DNA of 63,888 nucleotides, filler included, from Octopus bimaculoides (GCF_001194135.2; 5 parts of 5 records of this genome joined end to end with filler, not necessarily neighbours in it), one strand, 5' to 3'; shown: positions 1-14,119, numbered from the whole stretch's first letter. Notes: generated by a model not told the origin, from the sequence alone. Translations and numbers: made by a program.

Positions 1-258
1 TTCCTATCATAGTAGGTGCCTTAGGTATAATAGAAAAATATTCAGACAAATACATAACAAAAACACCAGGACTCACAAATATATATAACATACAGAAAAT
101 TGCACTACTGGGCACTGCACACATCCTACGCAAAACACTTTCAATACAGTAAGCATAAGAGCACCACAGCAAACCACAGCACATACCCAAGGCACACAGA
201 GCTGCGCTCGGTAGTGAAGTGAAAGCACGTTATAAAAATAAAACTACTGAACAATAGT
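1..258 (+). mobile_element. R4/Dong-like non-LTR retrotransposon 3' end (RLE C-terminus)
   Basis: Bases 3-152 translate PIIVGALGIIEKYSDKYITKTPGLTNIYNIQKIALLGTAHILRKTLSIQ*, the typical RLE-element C-terminus. Followed by a 3' UTR and (TAA)n. Confidence 0.8.
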
Positions 259-282
259 AATAATAATAATAATAATAATAAT

Positions 283-490
283 TCTTTCATATTTTGGCAA
301 AAAGCCAGCAAGTTTAGGGGAAGGGCAAGTAAATTACATCAACACCAGTGCTCAACTGTTACTTTTTATTGACCCTGAAAGGATGAAAGGCAAAGTTGAC
401 CATGACAGCATCTGAACTCAGAACGTAAAGATGCCAGAAATGCTGCTAAACATTTTGTCCAGCATGCTAATGATTCTGCCAGCTTGCTGC
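283..490 (-). mobile_element. tRNA-derived SINE family A, CpG-decayed copy
   Basis: Homologous to the intact copy at 26460-26720 (ccccagtg...ctgaaaggatgaaaggcaaagt...gaactcagaacgtaa...gattctgccagct). Confidence 0.8.
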
Positions 491-557
491 TGCAGCATGC
501 AGCAGCAGCAGCAACAGCAACGACAACAATAACAATCCTTTCTACTAAAGGCACAAG

Positions 558-1135
558 TTGTGGCGACATGATCAGGTAGAAAAAGTGTTACATTGGAAAC
601 TGTGCAAAAAGTGGGGGTTAGAGAGAGGCAAGACGTGGTATGAGCACAAACCGTAGAGAGTGACGGAGTGGGAGACTAGCGAAATCCTCTGGGATTTCCC
701 AATCCAAACAGATCAGGTGCTAGAGCATAACAGACTGGACTTAGTAGTGATTGACAAGATGCACCAAATGTGCTATATAGTTGATGTTTCGTGCTCCTTT
801 GACCATGAATAGTCAAGAAGGAAGGCATAAAGATAAAGAGATACAATCCCCTTAAGCATGAAATGGTCCGACTATAGAGAATGAAGAAGGTGAAGATAGT
901 GCCAATTATTGTTGGAACCTTAGGGACAGTATCAGAAGGCATCAAGAGGAATATAAAGGAAATTGGAATAGAGTGCCCAGTAGAACTGTTACAAAAGGTT
1001 TGCCTCCCTGGCATGGCCAGAATAATCAGGAAAGTATTAGATAGCTGAAAAGAATGCATAGCATGGCTGCAGGTAGCAAGCCCGCTATACATGCAAGATT
1101 CCAGGAGTTCCAATAAAGCTGTGATAAAAAGAAAT
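558..1135 (+). mobile_element. 5'-truncated, decayed R4/Dong-like element (restriction-like endonuclease region)
   Basis: Disrupted frame: WRHDQVEKVLHWKLCKKW...ILWDFPIQTDQVLEHNRLDLVVIDK...IVDVSCSFD...KIVPIIVGTLGTV...LLQKVCLPGMARIIRKVLDS*. Followed by a (TAA)/(TAG)n tail. Confidence 0.85.
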
Positions 1136-1140
1136 AATAA

Positions 1141-1196
<56 letters not shown>

Positions 1197-1212
1197 ATAA
1201 TAATTATAATAT

Positions 1213-1362
1213 TGTCTTTTAGGGACAGCAAGGCTTATCAGGAGGGCTCTAAGCATTTGAAAGACTGCCGAAAACTTGTGGATACCTAAGGTTACGGCTA
1301 GTAGCCCACTAGCCACATAATTCCTACTAGGAATAAGACCAAACCCGAGCCAAACCAAAATA
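1213..1362 (+). mobile_element. Short 3' fragment of a third R4/Dong-like family
   Basis: The GTARLIRRALSI* motif resembles the same C-terminal helix; a distinct 3' UTR ends in (TAA/TGA)n. Confidence 0.6.
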
Positions 1363-1376
1363 ATGATAATAATGAT

Positions 1377-1525
1377 AATCCTTTCTACTATAGGCACAAG
1401 GCCTGAAGTATATTTGATTAAATCAGCCTCAGTACTTGAATGATACTTTTTTTTATCAACCTTAAAAGGGTGAAAGGCAAAATGAAGCTCAGCAGAATTT
1501 GAACTCAGAATGTAAAAAGCTACAA
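1377..1525 (-). mobile_element. SINE family A, 5'-truncated
   Basis: Tail cctttctactataggcacaaggcctgaa and body aaggcaaaatgaagctcagcagaatttgaactcagaa. Confidence 0.75.
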
Positions 1526-1579
1526 GGAAAATAATAATAATAAATCAAAAATAAATAAATAAACAAACAAACTATTCAC

Positions 1580-1654
1580 CTTTGATGGGACTTTCAATGC
1601 AACTTTCTAAGACTTCTAATAAAACTGTTGCATTCAAACTGAAGGATGAGAGAT
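1580..1654 (-). CDS. PLK: Polo-like kinase pre-polo-box linker exon, 75 bp
   Basis: Strong acceptor atttttttctttcag| and donor AAG|gtgaat. Only the phase-1 frame is open, matching the preceding exon: (D)LSSFSLNATVLLEVLESCIESPIK. Polo-box exons would lie left of the window. Confidence 0.8.
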
Positions 1655-1842
1655 CTGAAAGAAAAAAAATAGAAAAACACTATTTAGGGATTACTTTTCA
1701 TTGAGTAAGAGTCAATTTTTGCTGAAATGCAAAGTAGTTGATAGAATTGAATAAAATATGTTACTGAAAGTCTTATCTTACTGACCCCAGGATAATGGAA
1801 ATCTGAACTGAATATTTTGAAACATTTATTGCAGCCTTGTGG

Positions 1843-1955
1843 TGCAGGTATGGCTGTGTGGTTAAGCAGTTAGCTTCCCAACTACATGGTTTTGGGTTTA
1901 GTCCCACTGTGTGACACCTTAGGCAAGTATCTTCTACCATCACCTTGGACTGATT
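1843..1955 (+). mobile_element. SINE family C head
   Basis: ggctgtgtggttaag...gggtttagtcccactgtgtgacaccttaggcaagt matches the copy at 50866-51253. Confidence 0.7.
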
Positions 1956-2789
1956 CAGTATCCATGCTTGCTTAGGTCAGACAGAACTTTTTGAGGCAGT
2001 TTTTCTACAGCTGAATGCCTTTTTTGTTGCCAAACCTTACCTGTTTCCAAGCAAGGTAATGTTTCCCCATGGCCAGGTACGTTTTTCCTGGAAGACTGGA
2101 AATAATTGCCATTACTTTTATAATGGAGATGCTGAAGAAAATCTGCCTCAACAAATTCCATCTGACCATGGTAGCATGAAAAAGTGGGTCTTAAATGATG
2201 ATGGTGGTAGTTGTGATGATGGTGATGGAGGTGGTGATGATGGTGGTGGTGATGATGATGGTGATGGTAGTGGCGATGATAGTGGTGGTAGTGGTGACGA
2301 TGATGATTCCCCATGGATTTTGGACAAGTTTTAAAAGCTTTCAAACCATCTTACTTGTATCGAATATGGCAGTTTGTCTGCTTCCTTTTTTTTGAAATCC
2401 TGACACCCATCCCACCTAAAAATCCCCTGATTTAATTTAAGGCCAACATCCACCAGAACCACTGCTACTGATAAAATAAACTACACAAACATGTGTTTGG
2501 GTTGATTTAAATTCAACACATTCCTTTCCAAAACAAATTTGAAACATTGTACTAATTCAAGAAGCCAAGAATTAAAACTCAAGTTAAAAGTAATTAGAAA
2601 AGATTTTCTCAAGTCATTTCATTCAATCTGAAATTGCCATTAAAAGGATTTTTTTTCTCAAAGTTTAGTAAATCTATAAACATGAATTACTCTTTGTTCT
2701 TGAGCTGATGAGCCTAAATATAAAGAGACTGAGTCTGCATAGCCTTTTGATTGATTCGTCCACATTACTCCATAATGAGCACACGGCCA

Positions 2790-2995
2790 GTTTCCCAGTT
2801 TCTCTAGGAGGTATATACAAATACCTCCCTGGATGGGACGCTGGTCTGTCGTAGGATTACTCATTTTTATGAGGTGAGTGGACTAGAGCAGCATAAAATG
2901 AAGTATTTTACTCGAGAACACCATACATCGCCTGGTTAGAAATTGATGCTACAATCTTACGATCATGAGTCCAACACCTCAATGGCTAAGCCATG
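2790..2995 (-). mobile_element. SINE family B (CORE-like), decayed
   Basis: Reverse complement resembles 35512-35650 (tggcttagccattgaggtgttggactcatgatcgtaagattgtagcatcaatt...). Confidence 0.6.
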
Positions 2996-3088
2996 TGCCT
3001 TATGAAACCCTGCAAAATTGTGGAAGTGTGTGTGTGGATGCATGCATGTGTATGTATGTATGTGTGTTTATGTGTATGTATGTGTGTG

Positions 3089-3122
<34 letters not shown>

Positions 3123-4636
3123 AGTGTAATCGTTATTATCTTCGTTTTAATGTCAAACTTTTCCATGCTTGCCTGCGTTAGATGAAACTTGTTGATGCAG
3201 ATTTTCTATGGCCAGATAACCTTTCTGTTATCAACCCTCACTTGTTGCCAAGTAAGGTAATATTTCTCCATGACTAGACATGTTTCCACAGAATATTGGA
3301 CATGAAGGATACTACTTGCATGATAGTGACATTTGTTTAGAACTATTACACAAAGTTAATGCAAGGAGACACTGCACATATATTCATGCACGCACACACA
3401 TATGTGATAGGCTTCTTTAAATTTCTGTCTACCAAATCCACTCACAAAGCTTTGATCAGGTTTGGGTGCCCAAGGTGTCATACTGTGCGACTGAACCTGA
3501 AACCGTGTGGATGGGAAGCAAACTACTTACCATACAACCACTCCTCATCTGTTTCTTTGTCTTCTTTTTTTTAACAGCAGCATACATTTTCTATTACCAA
3601 CAACTTCGCAAGAAGTTGGAATGTATTTTATCATGCTACCAGCACAAGAGAGGATGTCTGGGGAAGGATGAAAGAGTTCCTTCTATACTACAATTTTAGA
3701 TCTTTACTAAGAGTTACTGTTTGAAGGGTCTGTAACAGAATGCCTACTGTTTGAAGGGTCTGTAACAGAATGCCTAATACTGTAAGTAGACTGCTTTCAC
3801 AACAGCGCTGTATTTTCTATGAACAAGAGAAAAGTTTAGCTATCAAGGTGCTGATAGCAACAGTCAAAGATTGCTTAACATAAAAACTGTTTCCATTGTA
3901 TAGAGTGGGCAAGGCCTTTGCAGCCAATTTGAGAATGAAGTTGTCATCACGATGCAACATAGTTTAACTCTTAAGAGTAGTTTATTCTGGCAAGGAAATC
4001 GATAGCGAAGTTGTGAGGGTTAGGGTATGCTACAGAGAAACATTCATTTGTTGCATGATAAACTTATCATCTAAGAATGTATGTTGTGATGACCTGGTTA
4101 AAATTTACATAGTTCATTGTCTCTTTTTTCGCATATAGTAGGATCACTAGAAATAAATATTAGTTAATTCAGAAACAGCAAAACTAGACAATATTTTCAA
4201 TGTTTGAAGAAATTTCTACCTCCTGTCCAGTAGCCATTGACTGAAAGAAGTCTAAATGTTTTAAGTACAACAGTTCTGCTCTAAACTTATGAACTAAAGA
4301 TACATGTTTTGACAGTTTTGCTTCAACTTGCAAAGTTTATAGTCACTATCTCACATATATTATGATTATTAGAAATAATTCTTTATTAATTCATTAACAA
4401 TAATGAAAATACATAATTTCATAGCTAAGTATTGAAACTTTTAGTGTCTTCAGCAGCCAAAGGCTGAGAGGGAAGTGAGGATATTTTAATAATTGTTTCA
4501 AATATATTTATGATAATAATAATAATAAAAACTTGAACTTCTAATTTGTTGTCTCTTGAGGTCTCTGGGTGAGACTTGAAGTCAACTTGTGAGAATACAA
4601 AGCAAAAGTCTAACATATAATAATAATAATAATAAT

Positions 4637-4850
4637 CCTTTCTACTATAGGCACAAGGCCTGAAATTTGAGAGAGGAGGGGACTAGTTGATTACATCAAC
4701 CCCAGTGTTTCACTGGTGCTTAACTGATTAACCCTGAAAGGTTGAAAAGCAAAGTCAATTTCAACAGAATTTGAACTCGGAATGTAGCGACAGACGAAAT
4801 ACCGCTAAGGTTTTTGCCTGATATGCTAATGATTCTGCTAATTTGCTGCC
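4637..4850 (-). mobile_element. SINE family A, near full length, with (ATT)n tail (reads (TAA)n on +)
   Basis: Head ggcagcaaattagcagaatcattagc through to tail gtagaaaggattattatt on the minus strand. Confidence 0.85.
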
Positions 4851-5162
4851 TTAATAAAAATGATGATGATGATGGATGATGATGATGACGACGACGATGA
4901 TGAAAACGATGACGATGATGAAAATGATGACGATGATGATGATTGTTTTTAACATTTAAAAAAATTGGTATCAAAACACATCCAGGTCAACTGTTGCTCT
5001 CTAAACTTAAGAACTAAAAAAAACATATCTTGATTTCTCAGCTATACAAAAGTAATTATAATTGTATTGTCACAGACAAGCACACTAATTTTGTTATACA
5101 AGAATATTACAAGGATATAAATACTTTTAAGATGAAATGAAATAGAAATTTGTAAATGTTAC

Positions 5163-5253
5163 CGAAGTGTCGATTATTAGATGATGTTGGTACTAAGTTA
5201 TCACAAACTGTTTCTCTAATGGCAGGCTTGTGCTCTTGTTTCTGTGCAGTTAC
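5163..5253 (-). CDS. PLK: Polo-like kinase linker exon, 91 bp
   Basis: Acceptor ttcaattctttattag| and donor G|gtaaca. Phase 0 to 1: VTAQKQEHKPAIRETVCDNLVPTSSNNRHF. Confidence 0.75.
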
Positions 5254-5639
5254 CTAATAAAGAATTGAAAAATTTATCAATAAAACAAAATACAATCCAA
5301 TCCGAAAATATTTGGGTAAAAGATGAACAGGCTTTCATAATATAAATTAATTTCTCATATTGACAAGAGGCCAGAGATTTGTAGAGCAGCATTGTTGATT
5401 AGTTCAACCCCAGTTGGCCCTGGAGTCATTCAAACTCAGAATTGCATTGGGAAGTAGTTTTAAACTGCAAGAGACTTTATCTGTTAGTTTAAGAATGACC
5501 TTATAACTCATCTAATTGCTTCAATGATCTTATAAATGTTATTGCTCTTCTAGTAATGACCTTAAACTACTTTTCTACCAATGACTTGATAGATTATACT
5601 GCTATTCTAAAAAAAGACTTTATAAATTATATTGCTGTT

Positions 5640-5830
5640 TCAAGGAGAGGAGGCCAAAGAGGAGATTTATGGACATATTCCACATGTGTTTACTAATATC
5701 ACCCAATGCAGAGTAGGCTTTGCTGGCCACTGCTATCATGCTGAACAGAGATATAGAGGAGGTTTCTTTATTGGCCCCCAAACAATGGTCTCTATATTGA
5801 TATAAAACCGCATCCTTGTAAAGGAGTCAT
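5640..5830 (+). mobile_element. Decayed LINE fragment (RTE/L2-type C-terminus)
   Basis: agagtaggctttgctggccactgctatcatgctgaacag translates RVGFAGHCYHAEQ, resembling the R(L)RFAGHC motif of LINE ORF2 tails. Confidence 0.4.
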
Positions 5831-5984
5831 ATAGTTACTCAAATCAGTGTATGTTTGTGTGTCTAGTATGGATTTTACTACCTTTGGAGGGATAAAAAGG
5901 AATGTAGGTAGAATTTAAACAAGTAAAAATGGAAACTAAATACCAAAATGCATATCATACAGCCTTCTTTCATATGAAGGTCCA

Positions 5985-6260
5985 TGACTTAGTGGTTACT
6001 ATGCTGGCTCATAATTGTAAAGTCTTCAGTTTAATCCCAGACTGAGTGGCATATTACATTCTTGAACAAGGCATTTTATTTCATGCTGGTCCAGTCGATC
6101 AGCTGAAAATGATTACCATCGATAGCAGCTGGGAGTTTAACTTTGCAATGGGCTAGCATCCCATCTAGGTTGGGGGAAGTCTTGTACACTCCATCACTTA
6201 ACACCTCAGAAAGTGAGATAAGTACCAGCCTCATGAGCCTGTAGGCACAAGACACACTTT
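5985..6260 (+). mobile_element. SINE family B, decayed
   Basis: catgacttagtggttact...ttcttgaacaaggcattttatttcatg CORE-like block. Confidence 0.6.
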
Positions 6261-6314
6261 AACCCCAACTATCATTTCAGTATGTACATGCATGTGTGAG
6301 AGTGTGTAAGTGTG

Positions 6315-6350
<36 letters not shown>

Positions 6351-6920
6351 CATCATCACCATCATTTAACGGCTGTGTTCCATGCTAGTATGGATGGGAT
6401 GGTACCATAAGAGCCGAAGAAAAAATCCAACAACATCAATATAACATACAAGTCAAAACATGATTTTACAAAATCGTCATTTGCACTGTGTACAGCAAGA
6501 TCTGAAACTATGATTTACATATTCAGTCTTAATGCATTCCAGCAGATTCAAATACAAATATGAAAGCCACTGTTGTGTGTGTCATAGGAGAGCAACTTCT
6601 CCCTTTTATGATGACTGCATGTTCATAACACAGTTTACAAACAAGGGATTCTAGGACACAGGTGTTTCAATATGTTGTATCATGTCAGCCAGAAGTACCT
6701 GTCCCTTTAAGTTGAAACAAGCCACTGGCATTGTTTATAATTCCCGTGAACAAAATTGTTTGCTGATCAGTGCTTACATCTGCCAATCAATAAAAAACAT
6801 TATTTGGATTGTGTAAAGTGAGACATGAAACAATGATAAAATGAAGGGAGACTTAAATTGCATGAGTCTAAGAGTCAAAGATGGTAGGAATGAGATTTAA
6901 AAAAAAAACATAATATTTAC

Positions 6921-7008
6921 CTCCCAATCAGCTTTCATATTGTGCAATGTATTTGTAATTACCTTGACATTGTCAACTTGGTTTTCAAGGTCAGCATAAG
7001 ACATTGGT
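6921..7008 (-). CDS. PLK: Polo-like kinase linker exon, 88 bp
   Basis: Acceptor ttcttctgacag| and donor GAG|gtaaat. Phase 2 to 0, continues in frame: (R)PMSYADLENQVDNVKVITNTLHNMKADWE. Confidence 0.8.
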
Positions 7009-7965
7009 CTGTCAGAAGAAATAAAGGACAAGATGGTACAAAACTACACCTCAGAACATGCCATCATTATATTTAATGTTAACTTTTGTTTGCTGGCTAG
7101 AAAGAAAATACATCACAATTCATGTGACAGACACGCCAAGGTCAAAACTTGGACAAGTAGGCTATAATATATATATATATANNNNNNNNNNNNNNNNNNN
7201 NNNNNNNNNNNNNNNNNNNNNNNNNNNNNNNNNNNNNNNNNNNNNNNNNNNNNNNNNNNNNNNNNNNNNNNNNNNNNNNNNNNNNNNNNNNNNNNNNNNN
7301 NNNNNNNNNNNNNNNNNNNNNNNNNNNNNNNNNNNNNNNNNNNNNNNNNNNNNNNNNNNNNNNNNNNNNNNNNNNNNNNNNNNNNNNNNNNNNNNNNNNN
7401 NNNNNNNNNNNNNNNNNNNNNNNNNNNNNNNNNNNNNNNNNNNNNNNNNNNNNNNNNNNNNNNNNNNNNNNNNNNNNNNNNNNNNNNNNNNNNNNNNNNN
7501 NNNNNNNNNNNNNNNNNNNNNNNNNNNNNNNNNNNNNNNNNNNNNNNNNNNNNNNNNATATGCATATATATGTGTGTGTGTGTAAGTGTATGAAATATAT
7601 ACATATAGAACAACACACACAGCTAATCTAAACAAACGTGGTCGTAATTTTAATTGGAATAATTAGAATACTATTGTGTGTTCAGTAATCTAATCTAAGT
7701 ACCAAATTAGTTTTGCTTTATTTAATAGCTTTGGCATTGGTGCTCGTTAAAAGGAAACTAATATATTCAAGGTCATGAAGCTAATATATCATTAATTATC
7801 AGGAGAGGTGACATGTATTTCAATAGTCAAAGCTAAAATTGTGTCACATTACACATTATAGCACCAAGAACATTGAAGTAATTATGCAAGTCACATGTGT
7901 ATGTATGTATATTATGTCTGAGTATATACATACACACATACACATATGTGTATATGTGACAACAT

Positions 7966-8180
7966 GTGGCCCAGTGGTCAGGGTATTGCATACATGATTG
8001 CAAGATTGTAATTTCGATTTCCAGACTGGTAGTGCATTGTGTTCTTCATTTCACATCAATCTGTTCAAGGGGAATGTTGGCCTGCCTGACTAACCAGCAG
8101 CGTGACATCATTTGAAGGCTACAACAATGCGAGGAAGTGCATTGTGACCAGTGGTATATAACAACATCCAATATTCTGGG
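7966..8180 (+). mobile_element. SINE family B, decayed
   Basis: atgtggcccagtggtcaggg...ttcgatttccagactgg A-box and B-box. Confidence 0.6.
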
Positions 8181-8211
8181 CAATTTCCTGATACAGTGAT
8201 ATATATATATC

Positions 8212-8580
8212 TTTTACTTGTTTCAGGCATTAAACTGTGGCCATGCTGGAGCCTTGGAGAATTTTTTAGATGAATGAATCAACCCCAGGACTTATTTTTT
8301 AAGTGTAGTACTTATTCTATCTATCTTTTTTGCTGAACTGTTAAGTTATGGAGGACATAGCCACACCAGCACCAGTTGTCAAGCAGTGGTGGGGTACAAA
8401 CAGACACAAAAACAAAGATAAACACACACACATATATGACAGGTTTCTTTCAGTTTTTGTCTGTCAACCAAATCCACTCACAAGGCTTTGGTCAACCTTC
8501 TCGCCAAAGATGCCATGCAGTGGGACAGAACACAGATCCACGTGGTTGAGATGTAAACATCTTGCCATACAACCATACCT
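8212..8580 (-). mobile_element. SINE family C
   Basis: Homologous to 50866-51253 (ccatgctggag...caaatccactcacaaggctttggtc...ccatacaaccatacc). Confidence 0.75.
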
Positions 8581-8828
8581 TTGTGTGCGTGTGTGTGTGT
8601 ATGTTTGAGTACACACACACACACACACACATACACATTTATTTATATATATCTATATATATAAGTTGTGGGTAATACTATGTCAAATGACATAAGTTAA
8701 TATATACCCTATAACTTCAAAAACATACTCAACATTTTTTCCACAAAATAGACTTGTAAAATGAGAATGCATCATATATGCCAGAAAATAGGAGACATTC
8801 TAAGTAAGAGAACTTTTTTGTTTCGTAC

Positions 8829-9104
8829 CTTGCAGGTTTTGGGTGATCAGGGAATTTAGGAGCTGATGAACAGACGGTAGGTGGCAATGATTTTGGAATA
8901 TAACCACTGGTGAAAAATTCATCAGCAGCAATTTCGTCGAGTGATGGCCTCATTGATGGCAATGCATGTAAACATCGACTGATAAGTTTTTCTGCTGCTG
9001 GAGATATGTTTGCTGGAATGGTATATGTATTGGCTGTGATGCGGAAGTAGGTCTCTACGAGGGTAGAAGTTTGAAATGGTGGTCGTCCCACGAGTAATGC
9101 ATAC
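8829..9104 (-). CDS. PLK: Polo-like kinase exon (kinase C-lobe, subdomains IX-XI), 276 bp
   Basis: Acceptor tttcttcctgtcag| and donor AG|gtacga. YALLVGRPPFQTSTLVETYFRITANTYTIP...RPSLDEIAADEFFTSGYIPKSLPPTVCSSAPKF matches the PLK1-3 C-lobe. Joins the 10191-10286 exon in frame (TT|G TAT = LY). Confidence 0.95.
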
Positions 9105-10189
9105 CTGACAGGAAGAAACAAAGGAAAAAAAAAAGAAACAAATAAAAAATTAAACAAATAAGAAACAACAACAATAGAAAGCACTGAGGGTATGTATTAA
9201 TATTTTATATATGTATATATGCCACGCAGTGAGATGTAACCTAGGACCTCATGACTGCAATGCAAGCATAGAAGAGTGAGTCAGAAAGTATCATGAATAA
9301 CAATTGCATTACTTTCTTACTCACCCACCATGTTTGTCAGACTTCATTCTTTACACTATGTCTGAAATAAAAGATAGGATAGCAACTGGTGAAATACTTT
9401 TGATTATAGATCTGCTCCACAAAAAATCACAATGTCAGAAATCTGTAACCCAGAGAGGCTGCAGGTGCACTGCAAGAGATGCAGCCTACTTTCATTCTTT
9501 TTCCTTAAGTCATCATCAGCCAATCCCTGTTTTTCCACCAAATTTCTCTGTGTCTGTTCTTTGCTGATGCTCAACCATCCTTTCTATGGTCCTCTTGTGT
9601 TTCTTTTTATCAGGATAACTGTGATTGTTCATGTATGATCATATTTACTTGACAACAACAACCATTCAGTCTTTTAAAAGATTTTGTGCTAGGTAGGGAC
9701 AAGTAGAAAGACAAAGCAACTTGGAAATGCTATTTTGCTATAATCTTGTTGCCCTAATTTTGATGTTCTTCTTCCAATATAAAAATGATTTATTCATTTA
9801 TCTATCTAAATTTTACTCTATATTTTCCACCCTCAATCAGATAATTTTACTGTCATTCTTTGCAAACTCTCTCTCTCTCCTTTCTTGACAACAAGGAGGG
9901 GGAGAGAGATAGGTGGGGAAGTACCCAACATAGTTTGAGAATAATTTGAAGAATAATGACTTATAGCCATTCTGGATTATTAATCAATCTTATTGCTTTG
10001 ACTTCAAGTCTTACTACAGTCACTGCACTGAATACCTGAGCAAAGCATAACTATATTTGCTATATTTGTCTGTGTGACAAGGAGGTTCCAATCTTGCCTT
10101 GAAATTGCAAGGAAAGGCATCCAAATGCTTAAAAAAAATCTCACATATATTGATATGGAAATATGGATATTAATCATTATGGAAACTTA

Positions 10190-11860
<1,671 letters not shown>

Positions 11861-12504
11861 TCAGGATCAAACCCAGATTACTGTGTTGAAATGACTAGGA
11901 TTTTTGTTGGAGATTGACAATGTTAGTGCATGACTAACCAATCAAATCTCTGGTAGAAACCACCATATCAACACAAATACAATTCGCTCAAATATGGATG
12001 ACGTTAGTAACAGACTGACTTCACAGGCCTCTGATAGAACAGGATGTCATCAGCAAGTTGTGTTTTTAGCACTATTTTCACAAACTATAAATAGAAATGC
12101 CTCTCTACTAGCTGCTAGTGGTGGCATATACCTGCCAAGCTACTAGACAGACCATTCACAACTATTATCATTCTCAACATGCAAATACCTCATAAACAGT
12201 TGTCATTGGTTGTGACAACAATACACCATTTTGTTTCATGAGGAAATGCATATTTTTGTATTTGAAATTTTCAACGGAATTCGTGTTCTTGAATTCATCA
12301 ATATCAACTCAGCCAAAACAGAAATATAATATCATTACAAATCTGAACTGCATCTTATGCCATCTAATTTTTTTCTACATTTACTTGAGCTATAACTTTT
12401 TCTGTTGCTCTCATAACCTGGTCCATGCCACTGTAGTAACTTCTTTTTAAAGCATCTCCTCATTTAATAATAATAATAATAGCAACAACAACAGCAATAA
12501 TAGT

Positions 12505-12790
12505 AATCATCATCATCATCATCATCCTCATCATCACCACTATACATCCGTTTACTATGCTGGCATGGATTGGACGGTTTGACAGGAGCTGACCAGCTAG
12601 AGAGCTGCTGAGGCTCCAGTTGTTTGTTTTGGCATGGTTTCTATAGCTGGATGTCCTGCTTTATGTCAGCCACTTTACAGATTGTACTGGATGTGTTTTA
12701 TGTGGCACTAGCACAGGTGCTTTGGTGCCAGCACAGGTGCCTTTTACATAAAGCTGGCGCGAGTGCTTTTTGATGTGGCACTGCTGAGCG
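12505..12790 (-). mobile_element. RTE-type 3' UTR/tail fragment
   Basis: catcatcatc...ccgtttactatgctggcatggattggacggtttgac tail. The same motif occurs at 6350-6420 and 14022-14095. Contains gcacaggtgc repeats. Confidence 0.6.
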
Positions 12791-13082
12791 CTTAGTACTG
12801 TTATGCCAGTAACTGCGTATGACAGACTCCTCCATGTACCATCTAACTGTGATCATAAATGACTAGCATGAAATAATATACTTTGCTGGGTATGTTCATA
12901 AAGAATACTTTCATATACTTAATCACTCTTTTGATGATGTACTCTTTGACTTCAATTTGAGCCTTCTGTTAATTGATGACAATGGCAACGATGAAGTTGG
13001 ATCTACACAGAGTAGACTCCCTCTCTCTCTCTCATGCAGTTTCCTTCGTTCAACAACCTTACACAGTAATATTTGCATGCCT

Positions 13083-13127
<45 letters not shown>

Positions 13128-13549
13128 CACACATACACGAACAAGAACTCATACATAACATAAATAATCATTATCACCAACCATCATCATTATTTTTCCT
13201 GTACCGGTATGGGTTGAACATTTANNNNNNNNNNNNNNNNNNNNNNNNNNNNNNNNNNNNNNNNNNNNNNNNNNNNNNNNNNNNNNNNNNNNNNNNNNNN
13301 NNNNNNNNNNNNNNNNNNNNNNNNNNNNNNNNNNNNNNNNNNNNNNNNNNNNNNNNNNNNNNNNNNNNNNNNNNNNNNNNNNNNNNNNNNNNNNNNNNNN
13401 NNNNNNNNNNNNNNNNNNNNNNNNNNNNNNNNNNNNNNNNNNNNNNNNNNNNNNNNNNNNNNNNNNNNNNNNNNNNNNNNNNNNNNNNNNNNNNNNNNNN
13501 NNNNNNNNNNNNNNNNNNNNNNNNNNNNNNNNNNNNNNNNNNNNNNNNN

Positions 13550-13607
<58 letters not shown>

Positions 13608-13611
13608 GTGG

Positions 13612-13645
<34 letters not shown>

Positions 13646-13648
13646 TGG

Positions 13649-13681
<33 letters not shown>

Positions 13682-14119
13682 AAATGTGAATCTGAATAGC
13701 GAAACTTGACGAAGAAAACACTCAATATAAATAACAGAATTTATTCATTAATTCAAAGGTGAGGCTTTTCTTTTGTTCCTGCTTTTCACAGAAGACTGAA
13801 ATCCCACTCATTGCATTGCTCATGACTGAGTGGTGAGTAGGAGGAAATGGCACGAGCTTTTGAAAGAACTTACTGCTCCAGAGAAAGGGACAAACTACTT
13901 CCTCTACAGTGATAATGTAGAAATGTGTGTGTGTGTCTGTGTGTATGTATGTCTACATGTAATGTATGTGTGTGTGTGAGTGTATATATATATATTTACA
14001 CACACACACACATATATAATAATCATCATCATCATCATTGTTTAATGCCCTCTTTCCAATCTGGCATGGGTTGGACTTTTTGACATGGAGCTGGCTAATA
14101 TATATATATATATAAATAT

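Noticed and set aside
4220-4251. 32-nt PLK exon candidate (DFFQSMATGQE)
   Set aside because: Weak pyrimidine tract and donor. It breaks the frame alone or combined with the 23-nt candidate, and 5163 splices to 1654 in frame without it.
8729-9184. The 151-aa ORF as a single-exon kinase
   Set aside because: Only 8829-9104 is exonic. The flanks are intron sequence beyond clear splice sites.
12385-13020. Exon-like stretches upstream of the PLK activation-loop exon (GMDQVMRATEKVIAQ; SLLCVDPTSS...SKE)
   Set aside because: No kinase motifs (HRDLK, DFG), purine-rich acceptors, and wrong phase or weak donor. The true upstream exons are probably outside this scaffold or in a gap.
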